64,000 nt of DNA, from positions 370 through 64,369 of the forward strand of contig JAPLYZ010000007.1 of assembly GCA_026395295.1 (NCBI GenBank), written 5' to 3'. A program made the position numbers and the translations under genes. Shown piece by piece: positions 54,510 through 61,822 of the stretch (position 1 is its first letter; the number at the start of each line of letters is the position of its first letter). The notes under the pieces are model-generated. The model searched no databases. It was not told where the DNA came from and saw only the letters and a list, made by a program, of their open reading frames with translations. Source of the DNA: Candidatus Staskawiczbacteria bacterium. GTDB taxonomy: Bacteria; Patescibacteriota; Minisyncoccia; Minisyncoccales; Staskawiczbacteraceae.

Positions 54510-56678
54510 TTATGCAGTTACTTTTTGTTCCACGGGCGAACTTTCTTTCACTGCTTCTGTCGGGCAGATAAACTCCTTTCGTTCTTTGTATTCTTCCTGC
54601 TTGCCTTTATGCCATTGCTGAACAGGCCTGATATAACCCACTACCCTTGAATAAACCTCGCAAGGCTGTTTTATGGTGCACTGAGGACACTCGAAATGTT
54701 CGCCGGAGATATAACCGTGTGTCGGACAAATTGAGAATGTTGGAGTCAAAGTAATATATGGCAAGCTATAATTTTCACATATTTTTCTCACTAAATTCTT
54801 TGCCATATTAGGATCAGAAATTTTCTCTCCTAAAAATATGTGCAAAACAGTTCCACCGGTATATTTTGTTTGAAGGTCGTTTTGCAGTTCAAGAGCTTGA
54901 AAAATATCGTCAGTAAATCCAACAGGCAACTGGCTGGAATTAGTGTAATAAGGGACTTCCTTGGTGCCGGCTGTAACAATATCAGGATATTTTTCTTTAT
55001 CGGTTTTCGCCTGCCTATAACTTGTCCCTTCTCCCGGGGTTGCTTCCAAATTATATAAATTCCCCGTTTCTTCCTGGAATTTAACCATTTTGTCTCTCAT
55101 AAAGTCCAAAATTTCAATCGCAAACTTTTTGCCCTTTGGGGTTGTTATGTCTTCTTCTAAAAAGTTAATCAAAGCTTCGTTCATGCCCATTATTCCAATA
55201 GTCGAAAAATGGTTCCCAAAATAAGTGTTTCTCATCTTTTTCATTTCCTCTAAATAGTGCCTCGAATAAGGGTAAAGTCCTTTTTCCATGAAGTCGTCTA
55301 AAGCTTTTCTTTTAATTTCCAAACTTTCTTTTGCCAGCTCCATCAAATGGCTAAGCTTATCAAAAAATTCTGATTTTGTTTTTGATGTGTATCCGATTCT
55401 TGGCAGGTTTATAGTAACTACTCCAATTGATCCTGTTTTTGGCGAAGAGCCGAATAATCCTCCTCCTCTTTTGTAAAGTTCTCTGTTGTCTAAACGCAAT
55501 CTGCAGCACATTGACCTGGCATCATCCGGACTCATGTCGGACTGGATAAAGTTGGAAAAATAATTTATGCCGTATTTTGCCGTTGCCTCCCACATTGCCG
55601 CCAAATTTGGATTGTCCCACTCAAAATCTTTAGTAATTGAGACTGTCGGAATTGGAAAAGTAAACGGCCTGCCGGATGCATCGCCCTCCATCAAACCTTC
55701 GTAGAACGCTCTGATAAACATATCCATTTCCGGCTGAAAATCTCCATAAGTTTCGTCTTGAACTTCGCCTCCTATAATAATCGGCTGTTTCGCCAAAAAT
55801 GCCGGCGGTTTGATGTCTAAGGAAACATTCAAAAATGGTGTTTGAAAACCAACGCGAGTTGGCACCATGCAACTGTACAAAAATTCCTGCATCACCTGCT
55901 TAACTTGTTTGTAATCTAATTTGTCATATCTTATAAACGGAGCCAAAAGCGTATCAAAGTTGGAAATGGCATTTGCTCCGGCTGTTTCTCCTTGCAAAGT
56001 GAACAAAACATTAACCAATTGTCCCATGGCAGTTCTCAAATGCTTTGGAGGTTTGCATTCTATTTTTCCGGGAACTCCCCCAAATCCTTTTATTAAAAAA
56101 TCATACAAATCCCATCCTGCGCAATATGGCGCCAAAAGTTCTAAATTATGAATATGAAAATCTTCGTTTGCCGCCGCATCTCTTATTTCTTTGGGATAAA
56201 TTTTATTCAGCCAATATTTCTTGGAAATGTAAGAGCCCACATACTGGTTTAATCCCTGCAAGGAAAAAGTCATATTGGCATTCTCTTTTACCTGCCAATC
56301 AATTTCTTTAAGATAACTGTCTATTTTTTCCGATGACTCGTCGCTGACTTTTGCCGCTTCGCGGATTGCCCTTCTTTGCTCTCTGTACAAAACATAGGCC
56401 TTGGCTGTTTCAACTAAACCCTCCAGCATAAGCGCCTCCTCAACAATGTCTTGTATCTGCTCTATGCTCGGAGTTTCGTCTTTTTTAAATCTGCGGTTCA
56501 GTAAGCTGACAACTTTATCTGAAACTCTTTTTGAAACTACACCATCTCCCTGGTTTGTCGCCACAACTGCTTTGTGAACTGCCTCTGCAATTTTTTCCTG
56601 CTCAAAATTAACAACCCTTCCGTCTCTTTTACGAACTTTTTCCACGTGATTTTTTACCTCCTCTTTTTCTGATGTCAT
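54510..56678 (-). CDS. nrdD: Class III (anaerobic) ribonucleoside-triphosphate reductase with N-terminal ATP-cone
   Basis: 722-aa ORF. ATP-cone (VRKRDGRVVNFEQEKIAEAV), C-terminal Zn-ribbon cysteines (CPTHGYISGEHFECPQC) and glycyl-radical motif SRVVGYIRPV. Confidence 0.9.
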   Translation of the reverse strand: MTSEKEEVKNHVEKVRKRDGRVVNFEQEKIAEAVHKAVVATNQGDGVVSKRVSDKVVSLLNRRFKKDETPSIEQIQDIVEEALMLEGLVETAKAYVLYREQRRAIREAAKVSDESSEKIDSYLKEIDWQVKENANMTFSLQGLNQYVGSYISKKYWLNKIYPKEIRDAAANEDFHIHNLELLAPYCAGWDLYDFLIKGFGGVPGKIECKPPKHLRTAMGQLVNVLFTLQGETAGANAISNFDTLLAPFIRYDKLDYKQVKQVMQEFLYSCMVPTRVGFQTPFLNVSLDIKPPAFLAKQPIIIGGEVQDETYGDFQPEMDMFIRAFYEGLMEGDASGRPFTFPIPTVSITKDFEWDNPNLAAMWEATAKYGINYFSNFIQSDMSPDDARSMCCRLRLDNRELYKRGGGLFGSSPKTGSIGVVTINLPRIGYTSKTKSEFFDKLSHLMELAKESLEIKRKALDDFMEKGLYPYSRHYLEEMKKMRNTYFGNHFSTIGIMGMNEALINFLEEDITTPKGKKFAIEILDFMRDKMVKFQEETGNLYNLEATPGEGTSYRQAKTDKEKYPDIVTAGTKEVPYYTNSSQLPVGFTDDIFQALELQNDLQTKYTGGTVLHIFLGEKISDPNMAKNLVRKICENYSLPYITLTPTFSICPTHGYISGEHFECPQCTIKQPCEVYSRVVGYIRPVQQWHKGKQEEYKERKEFICPTEAVKESSPVEQKVTA

Positions 56679-56750
56679 ATTTTTCTTGGGACAAAAAAAT
56701 GGCCTAAGCCTTAATTAACTTTTAATATTATCTCACTATTACTATACTAC

Positions 56751-56778
56751 ATTTTACTCCAAAGAAAAATCGTGTCAA
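56751..56778 (-). promoter_or_regulatory. Sigma-70-like promoter of nrdD
   Basis: Minus strand TTGACA (56778..56773), 16 nt spacer, TAAAAT (56756..56751). Leader is about 65 nt. Confidence 0.5.
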
Positions 56779-56940
56779 ATTTTATTTCCGAGAGAAGCCC
56801 TGTGGATAAACTAATTAAACACTCAAAAATATGTTTTCGCAGGAAACTAAGCAATAAAAACCACCACTTACTAAAAACTCCAGTAAAAATTCCGGTGATA
56901 TGCAACGAATAATAAACAACGTATAATATATACAATGTAT

Positions 56941-56980
56941 AGTGGTAGCGTTTTTGTCGTTCGCCAAAAAACTTACCACT
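56941..56980. promoter_or_regulatory. 40-bp degenerate palindrome B-left (agtggtagcgtttttgtcgttcgccaaaaaacttaccact)
   Basis: Identical to 57571..57610 at 36 of 40 positions. It starts 11 nt after the stop of 56992..57570 and lies about 160 nt upstream of the nrdD -35 box. Confidence 0.8.
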
Positions 56981-56991
56981 ACCACCTTAAA

Positions 56992-57570
56992 CTAATTTAA
57001 CTTAAATCTAAATTTCAAACGCTCTTCACCGTCGATAAAATCCGCTAAAACGAACTTCACATATTTCTCCAATTTTAATAATTTAACCAGCGCCGCTACT
57101 TCTCTTCGGCAATCATATGGATAAACGAATAAACTTTTCTGAAACTCATAAAATCCTGCAGACTTAAATCTATACCTTAGCGCATTCCTCCCCTTTCTAC
57201 ACTCCTCGGGAATATCAAAAGCAAATATTCTCCACTTCTCATCCCATTTTTCTTTTCTATTCTCAAGCCTTCTAAAAGTAATATTTAACGCTCTTAACAT
57301 CCCCTTTTCAGTTAAAGAAACAAGCACCGAGCCATTGTAGTTTTCCTTTTTCTTTATTAATTTTTGTTTGTTTAGGTCTCTAATTCCATCTTTCATTTTC
57401 CCTGGACTAATTTCATTTTTCCAATGGTCAAAATGTTCTGAAATCCAAAACTTCTTTTTCGCCCTATAGCTAAAACCGTAATCTACAGAATCGTACAAGT
57501 GCAATAAAATTTCCTCAATTATAGAATTTTTCATTAATTTAATTATACCGCAAATAATATCAAAAGTCAT
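56992..57570 (-). CDS. wHTH + Cas2-like (PaaX-type) DNA-binding protein, paralog 2
   Basis: The ORF-track start (57609) lies inside the palindrome. Plausible starts are ATG 57570 (MTFDIICG...) or ATG 57534 (MKNSIIEEIL...), the latter preceded by TATAAT at 57547..57542. Cas2-like core KWRIFAFDIPEECRKGRNALRYRFKSAGFYEFQKSLFVYPYD aligns with paralog 1. Confidence 0.6.
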   Translation of the reverse strand: MTFDIICGIIKLMKNSIIEEILLHLYDSVDYGFSYRAKKKFWISEHFDHWKNEISPGKMKDGIRDLNKQKLIKKKENYNGSVLVSLTEKGMLRALNITFRRLENRKEKWDEKWRIFAFDIPEECRKGRNALRYRFKSAGFYEFQKSLFVYPYDCRREVAALVKLLKLEKYVKFVLADFIDGEERLKFRFKLN

Positions 57571-57610
57571 AGTGGTAGCGTTTTTGTCGTTCGACAAAAA
57601 CGCTACCACT
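57571..57610. promoter_or_regulatory. 40-bp palindrome B-right (agtggtagcgtttttgtcg-tt-cgacaaaaacgctaccact)
   Basis: Perfect 19-bp arms with a 2-nt centre. It directly abuts the first in-frame ATG of 56992..57570. Confidence 0.85.
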
Positions 57611-57633
57611 ACTAATACAAAGTATCAATACAA

Positions 57634-57667
57634 CAAAAAACCGCCGAAAAAAATTTAGCGGTTTTTT
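57634..57667 (-). terminator. Bidirectional-looking rho-independent terminator after 57674..57886
   Basis: aaccgc...gcggtt hairpin flanked by an A-run and a T-run. Confidence 0.65.
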
Positions 57668-57673
57668 GAATCT

Positions 57674-57886
57674 TTAAATTGCCGCGATTTTTGCCATAAA
57701 ATAGTCAAACTTTTCCTTGCTCATCTGAATAACCGACTTTGGCTTTCTGGAAATCTTTTTTCGCTTGGCAGCAACTTTTTTCCCTTGCCTCGCCGTAGCT
57801 TTACGCGAAGGCGAGTTCTTCGTGACAACTTTTCTCTTTTTCGCAACCACCTTTTTCTTAGTTGCGACTTTTTTGACTTTTTTCAT
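57674..57886 (-). CDS. Small lysine-rich basic protein (histone-H1-like tail), hypothetical
   Basis: 70-aa ORF. KKVKKVATKKKVVAKKRKVV...KKVAAKRKK followed by a short conserved-looking C-terminus SKEKFDYFMAKIAAI. Confidence 0.45.
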   Translation of the reverse strand: MKKVKKVATKKKVVAKKRKVVTKNSPSRKATARQGKKVAAKRKKISRKPKSVIQMSKEKFDYFMAKIAAI

Positions 57887-57923
57887 AATTTCAGGACTAC
57901 TAATTTACCGATCAGTACGAATA

Positions 57924-57950
57924 TACTAATTACGAATTCGTATATTAGTA
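57924..57950. promoter_or_regulatory. Imperfect palindrome with perfect 12-bp core tacgaattcgta upstream of 57674..57886
   Basis: tactaat-tacgaattcgta-tattagta. The motif ttactaat / attagta occurs three times on the minus strand. Confidence 0.4.
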
Positions 57951-57983
57951 AAAAATTAGTAAGTCGTAGTCTTGTCGCAACTT

Positions 57984-58412
57984 TTATATTTCCTCTATTC
58001 TTTTCTTAAGGACAGAATTGTTTTTCTTCCTTAGTTCTTTTATCTCTTCGTCATGTTCTAACCTCATCTTTCTCTCCTTCTCTTCCAGCTGATGTGCCAA
58101 TTCTATAAACTCGGGCGTGCCCCTGCTTGACAACGCATTTATGTACGCCTCCCTGTTATTTTGAAATATTTCATCTCTAAGACTATTAAGTTTTTCCAGG
58201 CGAGCATAAAGGCGTTCTTTTATTTTATCCGCCTCAACATCAAAATTAAATTCTGTTTCTTCGACCTTAGGCTCTGTTGCTCCTTCAACAGAATCCACAC
58301 TTGTTTCTGCCGGAATTGCACTTTCCGGAACAGGTGCTTCTGCTCCTTGAGCCGGCACCCCCTCCTCTGGAGGCAATTCTTCTCCCTCTTTTCTTAATAC
58401 TTCTCCGTTCAT
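57984..58412 (-). CDS. Acidic/Pro-rich N-terminus + coiled-coil protein (hypothetical), immediately downstream of ftsZ
   Basis: 142-aa ORF. N-terminal half EEGVPAQGAEAPVPESAIPAETSVDSVEGATEPKVEE looks disordered; the C-terminal half is heptad-like (KIKERLYARLEKLNSLRDEI...). Confidence 0.45.
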   Translation of the reverse strand: MNGEVLRKEGEELPPEEGVPAQGAEAPVPESAIPAETSVDSVEGATEPKVEETEFNFDVEADKIKERLYARLEKLNSLRDEIFQNNREAYINALSSRGTPEFIELAHQLEEKERKMRLEHDEEIKELRKKNNSVLKKRIEEI

Positions 58413-58423
58413 AATTTTACCGT

Positions 58424-58455
58424 ACCCTAAATTTAGAACGTTCTATTTTTAGGGT
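58424..58455. promoter_or_regulatory. 32-bp near-palindrome between ftsZ and the 142-aa ORF
   Basis: accctaaatttagaac / gttctatttttagggt, 14 of 16 arm positions complementary. It ends 11 nt upstream of the ATG at 58412. Confidence 0.5.
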
Positions 58456-58503
58456 ATGCTTAGTTTTTTTGTATTTTCGACCTTTTTTATTTATTTATAT
58501 TTA

Positions 58504-59427
58504 TTATACCAACTTTGTGGCGATTACGGTAATTTTTATTTCACCTTTTTTGAGTTCCTTGTCTTTTACTGCGCCAAAAATTATTTGAGCCTTAGGGTCA
58601 ACATTTTTGGTAATAACTTTGGCGGCTTCTTGAATCTCATTCAAAGTTATATCATTTCCCGAAACAGAAAACAAAACTCCTTTTGCCCCCTTGATTGAAA
58701 AATCCAAAAGTGGAGAACTAATTGCTATTTCTGCTGCCCGAACCGCGCGATTTTCTCCCAATGCTTTGCCCACTCCAAAAAGCGCTTGGCCGGAATTCTT
58801 CATAACAGATAAAACCGATGCAAAATCAATGTTTATAATTCCCGGCACTAAAATTAAATCAGTTATTGATTGAGCAGCTTCCCGTAAAATATCGTCACAG
58901 ATTAAAAAGGCGCTTGATACAGTAGTTTTTTCATCTATAACTTTCAAAAGCTTGTCATTGGAAATTACCAGCAAAGAGTCAACCTTGCCTGTTAAATTTT
59001 TCAAAGCTGTTTTGGCAACTTCTTTTCTCTCTTGACCTTCAAAAGAAAAAGGAGTTGTAACAACCGCAATAGTTAAAATTCCAAGTCCTTTTGCAAGCTC
59101 GGCAACAACAGGCGAAGCTCCGCTTCCGGTTCCTCCCCCAAGTCCGCAAGTTACAAAAACCATATCTGCCCCCTTCAAGTTTTCCAAAATTTCCTGTTTA
59201 GATTCTTCCGCTGACTTTCTGCCTAACTCCGCATCCATTCCAGTGCCAAGCCCCTTTGTGGTGTCTTTTCCAATTAGGATTTTTTTATGGCTTTTTGAAA
59301 AATACAAAGCCTGCGCGTCTGTGTTCACCGCCAGCAATTCAACTTCCTGCATCTGAAATTTCGCCATTCTTGAAACAGTGTTAGACCCGGATCCTCCCAC
59401 TCCAATAACTTTTATTTTCGGATTCAT
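58504..59427 (-). CDS. ftsZ: Cell-division GTPase FtsZ (core only, 307 aa)
   Basis: VIGVGGSGSNTV, GGGTGSGASPVVAE (tubulin signature), NTDAQAL. The ORF ends at ...KITVIATKLV, i.e. at the end of the globular core. Confidence 0.9.
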   Translation of the reverse strand: MNPKIKVIGVGGSGSNTVSRMAKFQMQEVELLAVNTDAQALYFSKSHKKILIGKDTTKGLGTGMDAELGRKSAEESKQEILENLKGADMVFVTCGLGGGTGSGASPVVAELAKGLGILTIAVVTTPFSFEGQERKEVAKTALKNLTGKVDSLLVISNDKLLKVIDEKTTVSSAFLICDDILREAAQSITDLILVPGIINIDFASVLSVMKNSGQALFGVGKALGENRAVRAAEIAISSPLLDFSIKGAKGVLFSVSGNDITLNEIQEAAKVITKNVDPKAQIIFGAVKDKELKKGEIKITVIATKLV

Positions 59428-59432
59428 GAGTA

Positions 59433-60653
59433 TTAGGGTTTGAATGCCCTGAAGAATTTCTTCAACATAGAGCCTACATTCCCAGCAACTCCCAGTATAC
59501 CCTCTTCTGGGTCAAAATCAACCCCCTCAAGCGCCAAACCCACAACAGTGGCTAAGGCAGGGTCGTCTTGCAAACCGATAATGCCTTGTGGCGTTCCAAT
59601 TTCGCAGGCGAGTTTTAAAGTTTCTTTTGTGAGTTCTCTTATTTTCGGCATTTTGGCGCCTCCTCCGGTCAAAACAATTCCACCGGGCAACATTTCCTGA
59701 CGGTTAATTTTTTTCAGCTCTTTCTGAATTAAGTCTAAAATTTCAGAAACTCTTGGCTCAATAATGTCCACTAAATTTTTCTTTGTGAAATTAAGAGAAG
59801 ACGATTTATCAAAAACTTCAATTTTTTTTCTTGACTGATCTTTTTTGTCTTTTTCGCTTCTGGCGAACATACAGGTGCCGTGCTGTTTTTTTATTGACTC
59901 GGCAATTGCCACTTCTGTTTTGAGCCCTATGGCAATGTCATTTGTGATGTTGGCTGACCCAATTGGAAAAACAGCCAGGTGTAACAATTCCCCCTCTTCA
60001 AAAACCGCCAAAGAAGTTGTGGCAGCCCCAATGTCAATTAAAGCAACTCCCAGTTCTTTTTGTTGCGGAGTCAAAACAGCGTTAGCGGCCGCCAGCGGAG
60101 AAGGAATTACGTCGCTTATCTGCAATTTTGCATTTAAAACCGACTGAGTTAATTTTACAAAGTAAGGAGAAAAAACACATAACAACAAAACTTTTGCCTC
60201 AAGCCTCACGCCGGTTAAATCTTCCGGCTGTTTTATACCCTTCTGGTCGTCAATAATATATTCTCTCGGAAAAACATCCAGCACTTCTTCGTTTGAGGGA
60301 ATATTTATAGCTCTTGTTGCCTGTAAAACTCTTTCAATGTCTTCTTTAGAAATCCTGTTGTCAGCCCTGGAAACAGAAATTATTCCGTCCGATGGCGTAA
60401 CATAAAGATGACTGCCTCCAATGTTCACAAAAACAGAATTAATTTTTCTATTGCAATCTTTTTCTATGCCAGACATTATCATCTGCACATTTTTTGTTGT
60501 TTCCTCAACCGAAACCACAGCGCCCTTTCGAAGCCCAAAAGAAGGAACTTCCGCATATGACAAAACCTCCCAGTCTTTAGACTTTCTCTGGGCAACCAGC
60601 GCCTTGATGCTATATGTTCCAATATCTAAACCTGCAACAATATTTCCTTTCAT
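59433..60653 (-). CDS. ftsA: Cell-division protein FtsA (actin-like ATPase)
   Basis: 406-aa ORF. AGLDIGTYSIKALVA, ALIDIGAATTSLAVF, GIVLTGGGAKMP. Confidence 0.9.
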   Translation of the reverse strand: MKGNIVAGLDIGTYSIKALVAQRKSKDWEVLSYAEVPSFGLRKGAVVSVEETTKNVQMIMSGIEKDCNRKINSVFVNIGGSHLYVTPSDGIISVSRADNRISKEDIERVLQATRAINIPSNEEVLDVFPREYIIDDQKGIKQPEDLTGVRLEAKVLLLCVFSPYFVKLTQSVLNAKLQISDVIPSPLAAANAVLTPQQKELGVALIDIGAATTSLAVFEEGELLHLAVFPIGSANITNDIAIGLKTEVAIAESIKKQHGTCMFARSEKDKKDQSRKKIEVFDKSSSLNFTKKNLVDIIEPRVSEILDLIQKELKKINRQEMLPGGIVLTGGGAKMPKIRELTKETLKLACEIGTPQGIIGLQDDPALATVVGLALEGVDFDPEEGILGVAGNVGSMLKKFFRAFKP

Positions 60654-60673
60654 CGCTAATTTTTAGTTTTAAT

Positions 60674-61096
60674 TTATTTTAATAAATAAAAATCTTGTTT
60701 CTCTTCCATTTTCTTCGCCTCCTTCTCGGATTTTTCATGGTCGTATCCGCATAGATGCAAAATTCCATGAACAAAAACTTTCAGCATTTCTTTTTTAAAA
60801 CTAACTCCATATTTCTTGGCATTTTTTTTGACAACTGCCGGACAAATAACCACCTCGCCCAAAAGATTACCTTCTTTCAATTCAAAAGAAAGAACGTCTG
60901 TTGGCTTGTTCTTTTGGCGAAATTCATCGTTAAGCTTTTTCATCTCTGCCTCGTTAACAAATGCAACAGAGATTGTTTCCCTGCCTGCCGGCCGGCAGGT
61001 GTTTCTTCTATTTTCGCCTAATAACACTTTTTTTGCAACTGTGGAAAATTTCTTTTTATCCACAGGAAAATTTGTGAGGTTATTTATCTCAATCAT
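60674..61096 (-). CDS. ybeY: rRNA maturation RNase YbeY
   Basis: 140-aa ORF. HGILHLCGYDH zinc motif and KPTDVLSFE. Confidence 0.85.
   Translation of the reverse strand: MIEINNLTNFPVDKKKFSTVAKKVLLGENRRNTCRPAGRETISVAFVNEAEMKKLNDEFRQKNKPTDVLSFELKEGNLLGEVVICPAVVKKNAKKYGVSFKKEMLKVFVHGILHLCGYDHEKSEKEAKKMEEKQDFYLLK
60984..60999. repeat. 16-bp perfect GC-rich palindrome inside ybeY (cctgccggccggcagg)
   Basis: Translated in frame as CRPAGR. It is conspicuous against the AT-rich gene body. Confidence 0.8.
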
Positions 61097-61755
61097 TTGG
61101 TAAAGCTAAAACTGGAAATAATTTTATTAAACGTCTCGGCATAATTTAATCTTAATTTCGCCTCATTTTTTTTGTCACTGGGCGAAATATAAATATACTC
61201 GCTGATTTTGTATTGGAGATTGTTATGAAAAAGATAAAGCTGTTTTATTTTTCCAAAGTCAGGAGAATCTAAAAAGTCTTCCATTGCATTCTCGCCGGCT
61301 ATCGTAATATCGCCTGGATAGTTTCCAGTTTTATTCTTCGTGCTATCAGAGATGCAACCTATGGTAATTTCCAGAATAGTCCCGCTTGGAAAGCCAACTA
61401 TCGTGTATCCATTGCCCGTTGAGTTGTCCGGGTATTTAGAGCTTCTAAATCTGAACGCTCCTATCTCTCGCGCAGGAGCTCCAACCAGCCTGTCTGCCCT
61501 GCATTCTGTTAAAATTTTAGCGATGTTGTCTTCCGGATAAAGAGTTTTTTCTTCTGCAACCCAGTTGGCTGGCGCTTGCAATTTCAAACCATAATATTTA
61601 TTTTCAAGAAGATATGTATGCGTTTTATTGGCAAAAAAATTAGCATATAAAAAATAACCCAAAACAGACACTGCTAAAATAGCCAACAAAATAACCAAAA
61701 CAATTATAAAAAGTTTTTTACTTTTCTTTGCAGAAGTTTTGCGATGTTTTGTCAT
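61093..61755 (-). CDS. Membrane-anchored hypothetical protein
   Basis: The ORF-track start at 61788 is TTG; I prefer ATG at 61755 (MTKHRKTSAKKSKK). One N-terminal TM helix (LFIIVLVILLAILAVSVLGYFLY). Confidence 0.5.
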   Translation of the reverse strand: MTKHRKTSAKKSKKLFIIVLVILLAILAVSVLGYFLYANFFANKTHTYLLENKYYGLKLQAPANWVAEEKTLYPEDNIAKILTECRADRLVGAPAREIGAFRFRSSKYPDNSTGNGYTIVGFPSGTILEITIGCISDSTKNKTGNYPGDITIAGENAMEDFLDSPDFGKIKQLYLFHNNLQYKISEYIYISPSDKKNEAKLRLNYAETFNKIISSFSFTK

Positions 61756-61822
61756 TACTCTATTATACACCAATCTAAAGAAAAACAAAAAAAGAGCGGA
61801 CGCACCTGCGACCGCTTGGTTA

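Noticed and set aside
56747-56935. 62-aa ORF in the nrdD upstream region
   Set aside because: It spans the predicted nrdD promoter and a terminator-like hairpin, has no Shine-Dalgarno, and its composition looks like random AT-rich translation.
56679-56990. NrdR boxes or a cobalamin-type riboswitch in the 312-nt region upstream of nrdD
   Set aside because: AT-rich near-palindromes exist (atacattgtat, gtataatatatac, tagtatagtaatagtg), but none matches the 16-bp NrdR consensus well and I see no conserved riboswitch core. An Rfam scan would be needed to be certain.
52676-57610. Palindrome-flanked regulator genes as integron cassettes (attC) or IS200/IS605/REPtron elements
   Set aside because: There is no integrase or HUH/Y1 transposase, the proteins lack HUH and catalytic Tyr motifs, and there are no further copies of the palindromes in the window. 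The idea is kept only as a low-probability alternative in the main finding.
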